Positions 29,578-39,936 are shown, counted from the first letter of the whole stretch. The stretch is 57,717 nt of DNA, filler included, from Candidatus Desantisbacteria bacterium CG1_02_49_89 (GCA_001871075.1; 3 parts of 3 records of this genome joined end to end with filler, not necessarily neighbours in it), one strand, 5' to 3'. The notes: a model not told the origin generated them from the letters alone. Made by a program: numbers and translations.

Positions 29578-29880
29578 CTATTTTTTCTTCTTCAGCTCAT
29601 TTATGGATTTTTTGAGATTTTCAAACTCCTGCCTTGTGGGGACCCCTACCTTCTCGATCACATTTCTGATCGCTTCTTCTATCCTGGATTCCACAAGCTT
29701 TTTTCCCTTTCTTGCTTTGTCAAGTATTTCGCCTGTTACTTCTGCCACGTTCTCGCCGGAAGCTTCGCCTTTTTTCACAAGCTCGCGCGCGAGCTGCTGG
29801 GCTTTTTCCTTGGTCAGGACAGCCAGTCCCAGGCCTGCCAGAAGGCCTTTCCTCAATCCTTCTTCTAATTTATTACCCAT
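29578..29880 (-). CDS. Phasin-family small coiled-coil protein
   Basis: GLLAGLGLA.LTKEKA....ELVKKGE...VPTR.E...L. Confidence 0.75.
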   Translation of the reverse strand: MGNKLEEGLRKGLLAGLGLAVLTKEKAQQLARELVKKGEASGENVAEVTGEILDKARKGKKLVESRIEEAIRNVIEKVGVPTRQEFENLKKSINELKKKK

Positions 29881-29986
29881 TCCTACCCCCCTAATAACGC
29901 TCATGGCTCATGGCTTGTGGCTCATAGCTTAATGCTTTAAATATGTCCTATATACCATGAGCTATGAGCAATGAGCTATTTTTAAT

Positions 29987-30244
29987 TCATGCAATGACCT
30001 TAAAGACCTTATCGCCTACCCTTGCAGGGTCCTTGACCTTAAGGCCTATTATGTCACCTGGTTTCGCGACCTGAACCTGCGCGTGTTCAACCTGCAGGGA
30101 ATCAATTTGCTGTGTGAAATCGCTTGTATGCCCTTTTACATGGATAGTGTCCCCTATCTTAATGGAATCGGCCGTGATCTTGATCGCTGCTACCCCGATC
30201 TTGGTAAAATAATGTGCAACATCCCCAACCTCTATCTCCTCCAT
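29987..30244 (-). CDS. Small translation-factor-like beta-barrel protein (peptidase U32 C-terminal-like)
   Basis: VG.V.HYF.KIGVAAI...GDTIH.KGHT.DF.Q...S.Q...GD.V. Confidence 0.8.
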   Translation of the reverse strand: MEEIEVGDVAHYFTKIGVAAIKITADSIKIGDTIHVKGHTSDFTQQIDSLQVEHAQVQVAKPGDIIGLKVKDPARVGDKVFKVIA

Positions 30245-30376
30245 GGTATCACCCCCTCCTTAAAAATAATTATGAGTTATGAATGATGAATTATGAATTA
30301 AAAACAAAGATTCTAATTTAAATTTAATTCCATGCTGTTGATTCATAACTCATAACTCATAATTCATAATTCATAA

Positions 30377-30547
30377 TTAAAGATAACCGCCGTTGTATTC
30401 CCGCGGCTGGACTCTGTTCCTGCCCTTCCAGGACAGCCCGCCCTTCCAGGACATTCTGCCGTTTTCGTCTATGGTTATGAAATTCAGCAGTACCAATCCA
30501 GCTGCAATCAGTATGATAATTATTGAAATATTTAATTTTATTCTCAT
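30377..30547 (-). CDS. Small single-TM hypothetical protein (alternative start 30631)
   Basis: Hydrophobic N-terminal helix; in line with the operon. Confidence 0.45.
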   Translation of the reverse strand: MRIKLNISIIIILIAAGLVLLNFITIDENGRMSWKGGLSWKGRNRVQPREYNGGYL

Positions 30548-30627
30548 ATTTTTTCTTTTGAACGATCCGCGACCTTCGGCGATATGCCCCGAAGGGACTC
30601 CTTCGGGGCAATATACTGTTAACCGCT

Positions 30628-31230
30628 TCACCGCATTAACATCTGGGCAAAAAAACCTACGCCCAGCGGAGTGCTTATATTGTCGTCCATCGGTATGGGG
30701 ATAACGTCGAACAACGTAGTAAGAAGAGCTATTGCCAGGACAAGGTTGAAATCAAGGCCTTCCGCGGCAAGGGGTGTGCGCAGAAGCAGCCATCCAGCGA
30801 CCAGGCACGTCGCAAAACACGCAAGCGTCCCCTCAAGCGATTTGTTCCTGAAGATCCTGAAGCTACCCCCCCACTTGTTCGCGACAAGCGAGGATACCGC
30901 GTCCCCCAGTATAGCGCATATAAGCACCGGGACAGCTATGACCCTGCGGAAGAACACCACGGTAAAAAGCGCGCCGAGTGCCATGTAAGTGATCCCGGAA
31001 ATGCGGTAAACTTCTTCGGCTTTGCCGATCGCGGAAAAGACTTTTTCCGTCATTCCCTTAATTTTAGGCGAGTAGAACCTGGTGGATTCGATTATTACCG
31101 CTACCGCCGCTATCACGCCTGAAACAAATACTACCTCCTGCTGCGAATATTTCATGTACAGCACCGGGTATATGAATGTCAGCATCCTGAAAAGTTTCCT
31201 TCGTATCAGCTGTTTCGTGCGTCCCTCCAT
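30628..31230 (-). CDS. Polyprenol/phytol/diacylglycerol kinase family membrane protein
   Basis: RKLF, LGD..S..V, KSLEGT.A.F, DDN...P; multiple TM segments. Confidence 0.8.
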   Translation of the reverse strand: MEGRTKQLIRRKLFRMLTFIYPVLYMKYSQQEVVFVSGVIAAVAVIIESTRFYSPKIKGMTEKVFSAIGKAEEVYRISGITYMALGALFTVVFFRRVIAVPVLICAILGDAVSSLVANKWGGSFRIFRNKSLEGTLACFATCLVAGWLLLRTPLAAEGLDFNLVLAIALLTTLFDVIPIPMDDNISTPLGVGFFAQMLMR

Positions 31231-31793
31231 GCGCTCTTCGCGTTCTCAGCGGCGTGAACGAAGATCAGGGCTATTATGGCAGCGGTGCCCCATATCAGGC
31301 TTGGTGAGCGCTTCATCAGCCAGCATATGACCGGGAGGAGCGGGCCGATCAGCATCATGGAAAATACCCAGCGCTTAAGTATAAAGTAAAGTATAAAAAG
31401 AGGGGCAAGGAACAAAGCTGCTTCTATCGGGACGAGCGCCCCCAGGACACCCATCGTAGTGGACAATCCCTTTCCGCCCTTGAAACCCAGGAATACCGGC
31501 CAGTTGTGGCCCGCTATGGAACAAATGCCTGCTATAACACACAGCGTGTCCGGCAGCTTAAAAACCACGCTCGCGAAAAAAACCGGGAAAACACCCTTAA
31601 TGACGTCAAACAGGAAAGCCGCTGTGCCAACCGCCTTGCCCGCGGCCTTCGAGGCATTTGTCGCGCCTACGTTGCCGTCCCCGAATTTTCGAAGGTCAAT
31701 GCCCTTGGCCCACCTGACAAACAGGTAGCTGAACGGGATCGAGCCGGCCAGGTAGCTTATGACAGCGACCAGGACCGCGGTAACCGGGTTCAT
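31206..31793 (-). CDS. plsY: Glycerol-3-phosphate acyltransferase
   Basis: YL.GSIPF, G.GNVGATN, D..KG, GHNWPVFL.FKGGKG. Confidence 0.92.
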   Translation of the reverse strand: MNPVTAVLVAVISYLAGSIPFSYLFVRWAKGIDLRKFGDGNVGATNASKAAGKAVGTAAFLFDVIKGVFPVFFASVVFKLPDTLCVIAGICSIAGHNWPVFLGFKGGKGLSTTMGVLGALVPIEAALFLAPLFILYFILKRWVFSMMLIGPLLPVICWLMKRSPSLIWGTAAIIALIFVHAAENAKSAWRDARNS

Positions 31794-31795
31794 TT

Positions 31796-33730
31796 TTATT
31801 CCGTCTTTATGTATACTTCGATCTTTGCGCGCTTCTTGGCTTCATCATACCACTTGTCAAAAGCAGCCGTGTTCTTCTGGCTTTCAATATTTTTTTTCAG
31901 GCTGTCTTTTTCTTTGGCAAAAGCCTTTTCGTCCACCCCTGTCCTTTCAACGGGCTTAAATATGCAGATCCCCGCAGGCACCTCTACCGAATATACGGCG
32001 CCGCCCTTTATCAGCCCGGCCTCCTGCGGGGTTGAGTCGAAACTTGCCTTTGCAAGGTCCGGCACATACCCTATGCCCTCGATATAATACTGGTATCTCG
32101 TAATAGTGGTTTCCTTTGTTTCGCAGCCAGCATTTTCTGCTGTAGTAATAAAATTATCTGATGCCCTGAGGGCCGACATAACGCTGTCCGCGTTAATACG
32201 CGTCAGCTCTTTTTCCTTGTCCCTTTTGCAGTCCAGGATAAGGGAATTCCTTACTTCTTCCATGGTAGGAATAGACGATTCGATCCTGTCTGCCAAGGCA
32301 ATAACCGCATGACCCAGTATTTTTTTGGGCCTCCACTCAAGAGGCACCGCGGACCTGTCGATACCGCCCTTCTTGAGCGCGAAAGACCTTTTGTTAAATT
32401 CAGGTATGTACCCTATGGTATCGAGTGAATCCTTTTCCGAAAAAAGCGGGGTCTCCGTAAGGCCGCCGTAAGGCGCCGCGCTGCTTTCAAGGTCCGTGAT
32501 GTTTTTTACTTCCGCGGCGATCTGGCCTGCCACCAGTGCTGCCCTTTCCTCGCTTTTTTTCTTCAGGACTGCCTCACGGACAGCGTCAAAAACCTCGTCA
32601 AAAAGGCCTATCCCGGCATCGCGCCTGTCATCCAGCCTGAATACGTGGTACCCGAAAGCGGTCTTCACGGGTTCTTTTGTATACTGCCCTTTCTTCATGG
32701 CAAAGAGGATATCGTCAAGGTCCCTCATCCTGCCTTTAGGTATGTATCCCCCTATCGAACCGCCTTCCTTCGCAGTCCCGCGGTCCTCCGAATATTCTCC
32801 CGCCAGGTCCTCGAATTTCTTGCCCGATTTGAGAAGCCCGAGTACCTTCTCGATCACGGCCTTCTTTTCATCCTGGGTTTTCGTGTCCGCATCAGGAGGC
32901 ACCGCCGCCATTATATGGCTTATCTTGATCCTCTCGGGCAGGAAAAATTCATCTTTGTTGGAATTGTAATATGCCGCTATCTCCTCGTTTGACACAGTGG
33001 TGCCGCTCCTTACCTTTTCCGGAGTTATGACCACATACTTCACTTTGGCCCGAGCCGGCATGCGGTATTTTTCGGTATTGGCTTTGAAATATGAGGAGAT
33101 CTCAGCTTCGGTGAGGCTTGTGTCCGCCACTACCGCGGACTTCAGCAGGGCGCACTGGACTTTTACCTTTTCAGTGCGTTTCTTGAATTCCTCCAGGGCT
33201 TCGCCGTCAGAAGCTTTTTCACGGTTCATCATTTCCTTCTGGAATTCGGTATAGATCAGTTCGTCATCACCGCGCACCTGTTCCCTTACCTGTTTCAGGT
33301 TGAAATTTGGATCATTTATCGCCCAGAGGTATTTTGTGTTGTCAAACTTGCCGTCTTTACCTTTGAAATACGGATGGTCTTTTATGATCTTGTCCACTTC
33401 CGCGTCGCTTACCTTGAAATTCTTTTTCTTGGCTTCCTGTATCACGATCTCGCGCTTGATGAACTCATCTATAACGTATTTCCTTGCCCAGTTCTTTGTT
33501 TCTTCATCCACAGGCGAACCGGGGTTGAAATTGCGGAAATCCTGCATGAACCTGTCGTACACGGAATTGAAAAAATCCTCCGCGATCTCGCTGCTGTTCA
33601 CCTTAGCCACTATCGACTTGCCCTGCGCGTTCTTTTTCTGCCCCAGGCATTCGCCGGCATGGAAACAAAATAGGTAAAGTGAAATAACGACAGGAACTGC
33701 AGCGTAGATAATTTTTTTGTTAAGATTCAT
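31796..33730 (-). CDS. SurA/PpiD-like periplasmic chaperone with parvulin PPIase domain
   Basis: N-terminal anchor, VAKVN..EI, SHI, F..LA.EYSED.GTA..GG, T.FGYH. Confidence 0.85.
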   Translation of the reverse strand: MNLNKKIIYAAVPVVISLYLFCFHAGECLGQKKNAQGKSIVAKVNSSEIAEDFFNSVYDRFMQDFRNFNPGSPVDEETKNWARKYVIDEFIKREIVIQEAKKKNFKVSDAEVDKIIKDHPYFKGKDGKFDNTKYLWAINDPNFNLKQVREQVRGDDELIYTEFQKEMMNREKASDGEALEEFKKRTEKVKVQCALLKSAVVADTSLTEAEISSYFKANTEKYRMPARAKVKYVVITPEKVRSGTTVSNEEIAAYYNSNKDEFFLPERIKISHIMAAVPPDADTKTQDEKKAVIEKVLGLLKSGKKFEDLAGEYSEDRGTAKEGGSIGGYIPKGRMRDLDDILFAMKKGQYTKEPVKTAFGYHVFRLDDRRDAGIGLFDEVFDAVREAVLKKKSEERAALVAGQIAAEVKNITDLESSAAPYGGLTETPLFSEKDSLDTIGYIPEFNKRSFALKKGGIDRSAVPLEWRPKKILGHAVIALADRIESSIPTMEEVRNSLILDCKRDKEKELTRINADSVMSALRASDNFITTAENAGCETKETTITRYQYYIEGIGYVPDLAKASFDSTPQEAGLIKGGAVYSVEVPAGICIFKPVERTGVDEKAFAKEKDSLKKNIESQKNTAAFDKWYDEAKKRAKIEVYIKTE

Positions 33731-33743
33731 TTGAACCTCCGGA

Positions 33744-34433
33744 TTACTTTCCTGTGTATATAGTGAGCGGCCCGCGGCCGTCTGCGGCCGCACCGCAATA
33801 AATATTTTCAACGCAAATTTCCGGGAATCCCCCGAAACCGCGCGCAAGAAAGGAAACTATCGCCGCCCCAAGCGGCGTAGTGAGCTCCCCGCCTATGGAA
33901 GTATTTACAACAGGTATTCCGCGGGTCAGCTCGCGCGTGGCAGGAGTGGGCACGGAGAGCAAGCCGTGGCTGCACCGTACCTTTCCGGAACCAAGCGCCA
34001 GGGGAGAAACGTATATCGTGCCTATCTTGAGCTCTTCTAATCCGGCGATAATGCCTGTCGCGGCAAGTATTGCGGCCGGATGGCCGACCTCAAAAAGATG
34101 GACATCTTCGACCGGCTCCCCGTGAACCCTTGATTCCGCGGCTGCCACGCCGTAAAATATTTTACAGAGTTTGTTTTTAACGCTCTGCCTGATCCTGCTG
34201 GATCTTATAAAAGCGGTTATTTCCCCAATATTTGTCGGCTTCAGGGGAGCATTGCATTCCAGGTCTGCCACCGTGCGCGGAACCCCGCCTGTCCTCCTGG
34301 ATTTTTTTATCCTGAATTTAACGCCAAGCTTTTTCATTTGCGCTTCAGGCTCAGAAGCGCCGGAATCCAGTACCGCGGCGAGCAGTTTCCTGGGTGTTAC
34401 CCCATTATAGCAGTCAATGTATGCGATACGCAT
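33744..34433 (-). CDS. LarC-family nickel insertion protein, N-terminal domain only
   Basis: IAYIDC..G, AES.VHG....VHL.EVG, G.V.CSHG.L.VP.PAT, GELTTP.GAA. Confidence 0.8.
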   Translation of the reverse strand: MRIAYIDCYNGVTPRKLLAAVLDSGASEPEAQMKKLGVKFRIKKSRRTGGVPRTVADLECNAPLKPTNIGEITAFIRSSRIRQSVKNKLCKIFYGVAAAESRVHGEPVEDVHLFEVGHPAAILAATGIIAGLEELKIGTIYVSPLALGSGKVRCSHGLLSVPTPATRELTRGIPVVNTSIGGELTTPLGAAIVSFLARGFGGFPEICVENIYCGAAADGRGPLTIYTGK

Positions 34434-34493
34434 AGTTTGTTAGTTTGATAGTTGGTTAGTTGGTTAGAAAATCCCTGAACTTGTTACTTGTCA

Positions 34494-34859
34494 CTAGTGT
34501 GGTGTCACATAAATCCCTTGACATTTGATTCTGCTTTGAGTTGTCATTGCGAGCGACCAAAGGGAGCGTGGCAATCTCGATTTTTAGGTCAAGATTGCTT
34601 CGTCGTTAACACTCCTCGCAACGACAGCCCAAATGTNNNNNNNNNNNNNNNNNNNNNNNNNNNNNNNNNNNNNNNNNNNNTTAATTAATTAANNNNNNNN
34701 NNNNNNNNNNNNNNNNNNNNNNNNNNNNNNNNNNNNTTGTCATTGCGAGCGACCAAAGGGAGCGTGGCAATCTCGATTTTTAGGTCAAGATTGCTTCGTC
34801 GTTAACACTCCTCGCAATGACAGCCCAAATGTAAAGATCTGTTAGAGACACTACACTAG
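34494..34859. mobile_element. MITE-like element (~170 bp once the overlap across the gap is merged) with terminal inverted repeats and flanking CTAG
   Basis: Ends CTAGTGTGGTGTC / GACACTACACTAG; internal GTCATTGCGAG..CTCGCAATGAC hairpin; both contig ends carry the same ~95 bp. Confidence 0.8.
34637..34736. other. Artificial contig linker / gap
   Basis: N44-TTAATTAATTAA-N44. Confidence 0.97.
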
Positions 34860-35017
34860 TCATGTTGTGATTTATACGTATATATTATGAACTTATAGGG
34901 AAATTCAGCCTGAAAATCACTTCGCAATTCTGCTTTAAAACAGTCCGCCCGCCTTTTTCACCAGACTCGTTTAAAATCCTCTGAAAAAAAGAAAAACGGT
35001 ATACCTTTTATTTTCTC

Positions 35018-35069
35018 TTGACAAAATATTGAAAATAGTGTATAATATATGTATTACAGATGTATTACG
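35018..35069 (+). promoter_or_regulatory. Consensus sigma70 promoter of the TA operon with a putative RHH operator
   Basis: TTGACA-17 bp-TATAAT (35018-35046), then tandem ATGTATTAC repeats (35049-35068). Confidence 0.75.
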
Positions 35070-35080
35070 AAGGAGGGATT

Positions 35081-35302
35081 ATGAGGAACATTGTGTCAAT
35101 AAGCCTGCCGGAAAATTTACTTAAAAAGGTCAAAAGAGAGAGCAAAAAAGAAAATATTACTTCAAGCGAATTGATCAGGAAAACGCTGAACGGGTATTTT
35201 TTTATTACCGAATTCAGGCAAATTCAGCAGAAGGCATTAAGTGAGATAAAGAAAAAAGGCCTGAAGTTAACTGACGAAGAAATATTCAAGAGAGTATCTT
35301 GA
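35081..35302 (+). CDS. Ribbon-helix-helix (CopG-like) antitoxin
   Basis: IVSISLP..L...V.......SELIR; GGAGG RBS; overlaps the PIN gene. Confidence 0.85.
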   Translation: MRNIVSISLPENLLKKVKRESKKENITSSELIRKTLNGYFFITEFRQIQQKALSEIKKKGLKLTDEEIFKRVS

Positions 35303-35700
35303 AGATCCTGTTTGACACAAATGTTCTGATCGCGGGATTTATAAACAAAGGCACGTGCCGGGATGTTATTTTAATCGCTCCGACCATACATCAGGTCTAC
35401 TATACGGATTTTATAATAAGCGAGCTGCAAAATGTATTAAAGGATAAATTCGAGGTTTCAGAACCCACGATAAAAAGATTCCTGCTGCTTATTAAAAAAT
35501 ATTTTAACAGGGGAGAAGCCGCCCCGGTCATTCCGCGGGTCTGCCGCGATGTTTCCGATAACCAGATACTTGCCGATGCTTCATTTAATAATGTCGATAT
35601 GGTAATAACCGGCGATACGGATATTCTGGAGATAGAGATTTATCAGGGAATTAAGATGATCTCCCCAAGGGAATTTATGGAAAATTACAGAGGGTCTTAA
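35299..35700 (+). CDS. PIN-domain toxin (VapC-like)
   Basis: FDTNVLI, CRD..DN.IL, ITGD.DIL. Confidence 0.9.
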   Translation: MKILFDTNVLIAGFINKGTCRDVILIAPTIHQVYYTDFIISELQNVLKDKFEVSEPTIKRFLLLIKKYFNRGEAAPVIPRVCRDVSDNQILADASFNNVDMVITGDTDILEIEIYQGIKMISPREFMENYRGS

Positions 35701-35823
35701 AAATCCTACCTCAAACCACCGTTTGACATCGCAATTCGCTTCCTTTAATATTAACTGCCGGGATTCTCAATAAACAGGAAAAAAGGCATACCTTTATTTT
35801 CCTTATAAATCAATACATTTTTC

Positions 35824-35851
35824 TTGACTTTTCACAATATTATAGTATAAT
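35824..35851 (+). promoter_or_regulatory. Putative sigma70 promoter upstream of prfB
   Basis: TTGACT-16 bp-TATAAT. Confidence 0.55.
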
Positions 35852-36009
35852 AAATGAGTTACTTCATACGGATGCATGCGGATTGAAAGCACGGATGCAA
35901 ACGGATAATTAAATGATTATTGCAAAAGTCAAATTGTAAATTGCAAAATGTAAATTTAAAAACCTTGCTTTTGACTCATAATTCATAACTCATAATTTGC
36001 GGAGCAGAT

Positions 36010-37108
36010 ATGAACGAAGACATAAAATCCGAAATAAAGAATATATTAGATATATTAAATGACCTGGGGAGGTATCTTTGAGATAGAGAAGAAGCAGGCG
36101 GGCGTATCCCTCCTTGAAAAAGAATCCGCGCAGCCTTCCTTCTGGCAGGACAAAGACCGCGCTCAGAAAGCCATCTCTGAACTAAATAACCTGAAAAGCA
36201 CAGTTGATTCCTGGACCAGCCTGAAACGCAGGGCTGAAGAAATAGCGGGGCTTCTTGGAATGATGGAGGAGGAAGACCCGCATTTGCTTGATGACATCAC
36301 GCGCGACCTGCGGGACCTGCAAAAGGGCGTTGAAAGCTTCAAGCTGCTGATGGTTCTCAGCGGCCCGTATGACAAGCATAACGCGATCTTTTCGGTCCAC
36401 CCCGGAGCAGGGGGAGTTGAAGCGTGCGACTGGGCGGACATGCTGCTCCGGATGTATCTGAGGTGGATGGAAAAGAAAGGATTGAAAGCCCAGGTAGTCG
36501 ATATAATTCCGGGCGGCGAAGCGGGCATAAAGAACGCGACCCTGATAGTTAACGGGGATTACGCGTACGGATACCTGAAAGCGGAATCAGGCGTGCACAG
36601 GCTTGTGCGTATTTCACCGTTCGACGCGAACAAGCGAAGGCACACATCATTCGCGTCAGTTGACGTGATCCCGGAAATAGAAGGCACGGAAGTACCTGTA
36701 GAAGACAAGGACCTGATAATAGAGACGTTCCGCTCCTCAGGCCCGGGCGGGCAGCACATGCAGAAGACTTCCTCAGCCGTGCGCATCACGCACGTTCCCA
36801 CAGGCATCGTGGTTTCCTGCGAAAATGACCGCTCCCAGTTCAAGAACAAGGAAAGCGCGATGAAGGTCCTCCACTCAAGGCTTTTTATAGTTGAACGGCA
36901 GAAGCAGGAAGATGAGATTGAGAAGATACGCGGGGTAAAAGAGGATATCGCCTGGGGCAGCCAGATACGCTCATACGTGCTTGAACCATACCAGATGGTG
37001 AAGGACCTGCGCACCGATATCGAGACCAGCAATGTGAACGCGGTGCTGGACGGCGACCTGGACATGTTCATCGAAGGCTACCTTAGAAAACGTGTCAGCG
37101 TGTCATAG
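36010..37108 (+). CDS. prfB: Peptide chain release factor 2 with programmed +1 frameshift at CTT-TGA (36076-36081)
   Basis: MNEDIK...LGRYL then GGGAGG-TAT-CTT-TGA; SPF and GGQ motifs in the +1 frame. Confidence 0.96.
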
Positions 37109-37584
37109 TGTCAACGTGTCAGAGTAAAAGATTACCACGAAATCACGAAAGTGTCACGAAAGCACGAAAATCTGCTTTCTTTTTACAGGGATTTAAAGAG
37201 ATTTAGATTCCGTCTTACGTCGTAAGTCGTACGTCGTTCGCAAATGATTTTAATAATACGTAAGACGTTCGACGCATGACGGCATTATGAATCCCGTTGA
37301 ATCCCTGTTAAATGTATTTCTCAGTGAACTCAGTGGCAAAATTCGTGGAAATTCGTGGAAATCCGTGGTTGCAAAGGCAGTTGTCAGTTGTGAGTTGCCA
37401 GTAAAAGCCAAATATCTATAAGGTAGTCTCCCGCCTCAAAGAGGCGAGGTCTCGCCCGCTGAAAGACGGGCGGACAGTGAACTCAGTGGCAAAATAGTAT
37501 TTCTCCCCGCCCTGCGCAAAGGCAGGGCGAGGTCTCGCCCCGATATTAATCGGGGCGGATGTGCCCTCTGTGGTGGGCTTTTGA

Positions 37585-38166
37585 ATGAAAAACCTGCGGT
37601 TTTTGTGGATCTCTCTGGCTGTCGGCGGCATAATCATCCTGATAGTCCTGGGCAGGCAGTTCGGGGTCCACACGCTTGCTGATATAGCTTTAAAGAAAGA
37701 GATAGTGCTTCCTTCGGAATCAGGCAAGACCCCGACTTTCGAGATCAAGGATTTCAGGCTTGTGCAGACCGTGGGCAAGAACAAGCAGTGGGAACTGAAA
37801 GCCCTTGAAGCATACGAGTATGAGGAAGGGGACGAGATAGAGATACACGGGACTGAAATAAAATTTTTCAAAAAAGACAATGTCCTCGCGCTCACCCTGA
37901 AGGCGGACCAGGGAGTTGTGGATTCAAAAAACAGGGATATAGGCATGACCGGTTCGATCGAGGCGGAAACTCCCGACGGTTTGAAGCTTAAAACCCAAAC
38001 GCTGCGCTGGCTGGCGAAAGATGAGAAGCTTGTGACGGACGACCGCGTGACGGTCACAAAGGGAGAGGTAAGGATAGACGGCCAGGGTTTTGAAGCTGAC
38101 GCGGGCATGGGGAAACTGCAGGTAAAGAAGAAAGTAAGGGTTAAGATAGCAAGGGATGTGAGGTGA
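37585..38166 (+). CDS. lptC: LPS export periplasmic protein LptC
   Basis: N-terminal TM; WEL.A..A, L.AD.G, L.T..L.W, V.......I.G.G. Confidence 0.8.
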   Translation: MKNLRFLWISLAVGGIIILIVLGRQFGVHTLADIALKKEIVLPSESGKTPTFEIKDFRLVQTVGKNKQWELKALEAYEYEEGDEIEIHGTEIKFFKKDNVLALTLKADQGVVDSKNRDIGMTGSIEAETPDGLKLKTQTLRWLAKDEKLVTDDRVTVTKGEVRIDGQGFEADAGMGKLQVKKKVRVKIARDVR

Positions 38167-38169
38167 GGG

Positions 38170-39054
38170 ATGCAGCCAATAGAAGGCTCATACGTTGCCC
38201 TGATAACGCCTTTCAGGAACGGCAGGATCGACGAGGGAAGGCTCAGGCGGCTTGTTGATTTCCACATAAAGAACAGGACAGACGGGATCGTTCCGTGCGG
38301 CACGACGGGTGAATCTCCCACGCTTTCCCACGAAGAGCACAAAAGAGTGATCAGGATAGTCATAAACCAGGCGCGCGGGAGAATACCCGTGATGGCAGGC
38401 ACCGGCTCAAACAGCACGGATGAAGCGCTTGAGCTGACAGCTGACGCAAAGAAGAGCGGGGCTGATTCAGCCCTGCTCGTGTGCCCTTATTACAACCGCC
38501 CCATGCAAAGGGGGATGTACCTGCACTTCGGAAGGATAGCGTCCAGGGTAAAGATCCTGATCTTCATTTATAACATTCCTTCGCGCACAGGCGTGAACCT
38601 GGAGCCGGAAACGCTTGCGATGCTGAGCAGAGATTTTTCCAATATCGCGGGAGTCAAGGAAGCGAGCGGGAGCGTTGACCAGGCACGCAGGATAATTAAA
38701 TTATGCGGAAGGAACTTCTGCCTGCTTTCAGGGGACGATGCGCTGACGCTTCCCATGATGGCTGTTGGTGGCAGGGGCGTTATTTCAGTGCTTGCTAACA
38801 TAATGCCGGGGGAAGTGTCGCGGATGGTGAGGATGTTCCTCACGGGCGATGCAGGGGCGGCAATGAAGATACATCGCAGGCTCCTGCCGCTTATGAAGGC
38901 GCTTTTCATAGAGACAAATCCCATTCCGTTGAAGACGGCGATGATGCTTATGAAGATGGATTCCGGTGAGATGAGGCTTCCGCTTTCGCCTATGTCGGCG
39001 CAGAACCTGGTAAAACTGAAGAAGACGCTGCGGCAGTTCGATCTCCTTAAATAG
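38170..39054 (+). CDS. dapA: 4-hydroxy-tetrahydrodipicolinate synthase
   Basis: ALITPF, CGTTGESPTL, YNIPSRTG, KEASG, ETNPIP.K. Confidence 0.97.
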   Translation: MQPIEGSYVALITPFRNGRIDEGRLRRLVDFHIKNRTDGIVPCGTTGESPTLSHEEHKRVIRIVINQARGRIPVMAGTGSNSTDEALELTADAKKSGADSALLVCPYYNRPMQRGMYLHFGRIASRVKILIFIYNIPSRTGVNLEPETLAMLSRDFSNIAGVKEASGSVDQARRIIKLCGRNFCLLSGDDALTLPMMAVGGRGVISVLANIMPGEVSRMVRMFLTGDAGAAMKIHRRLLPLMKALFIETNPIPLKTAMMLMKMDSGEMRLPLSPMSAQNLVKLKKTLRQFDLLK

Positions 39055-39159
39055 TACATCGTTCATCGTTCGTCGTTCATCGCTAAGATTTTTACTTTCT
39101 AATTTTTCTAAAGTAGTACTGCGATGCACGATGCACGAAGAACGAGTAACGAGGTGTTT

Positions 39160-39936
39160 ATGATTAACATAATCGTGAGCGGGGCATGCGGGAAGATGGG
39201 TTCGCGGATAATCGCCAATCTTGACGCGCAGCGCGATATGAGACTTGTCGGGGCAATAGAGAGAAAGGGATGTCCAGGCCTGGGGAAAGAAGCAGGCAGG
39301 GGAGTGGTGATCACAAGTGACCTGCGCGCGGCAGCGGGCGGGGCAGACGTACTTATTGAATTCTCCAGCCCGGAAGCGTCCCTGGAGCACCTGCGCGCCG
39401 CGGCATCAATGAAGCTGCCGGTGGTCCTTGGAACGACCGGTTTCAAACCATCCGGGATCGCCGAGATCAGAAGGATTGCGAAGAGGATCCCCTGCGTTTT
39501 TTCCCCGAATATGTCCGCAGGCATGAATTTTCTTTTCAGGGTTTTGAGGCAGGCAGCCGGGTCGCTTAAGGACTACGACGTTGAGATCATAGAGATGCAC
39601 CACAATATGAAGAAGGACGCTCCCAGCGGGACAGCGCTCAGGCTTGCGGGTATTGTTGCCGAAGCTATCGGAACTGACCTGGGCAGAAGCGGGATTTACG
39701 GAAGGAAAGGAGCAGTGGGGGCAAGGGGAAGGAAAGAAATAGGCATTCACGCTGTGCGCGGAGGGGATGTTGCGGGGGACCACACCGTGATCTTCGCGGG
39801 TCAGGGCGAAAGAGTGGAGCTTGTCCACCGCGCTTCCGGAAGGGACGCGTTCGCCCTGGGCGCGCTCAATGCCGCAAGGTTTGCCGCAAAAGCGAAGCCG
39901 GGGCTTTACGGCATGGAAGACGTCTTTAATAAATAA
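39160..39936 (+). CDS. dapB: 4-hydroxy-tetrahydrodipicolinate reductase
   Basis: GA.GKMG, GTTG, EMHH..KKDAPSGTA. Confidence 0.97.
   Translation: MINIIVSGACGKMGSRIIANLDAQRDMRLVGAIERKGCPGLGKEAGRGVVITSDLRAAAGGADVLIEFSSPEASLEHLRAAASMKLPVVLGTTGFKPSGIAEIRRIAKRIPCVFSPNMSAGMNFLFRVLRQAAGSLKDYDVEIIEMHHNMKKDAPSGTALRLAGIVAEAIGTDLGRSGIYGRKGAVGARGRKEIGIHAVRGGDVAGDHTVIFAGQGERVELVHRASGRDAFALGALNAARFAAKAKPGLYGMEDVFNK

Noticed and set aside
37416-38417. Long antisense ORFs (333 aa here; also 41873-42769, 16247-17041, 24951-25760)
   Set aside because: They shadow well-supported genes on the opposite strand and have no recognisable motifs
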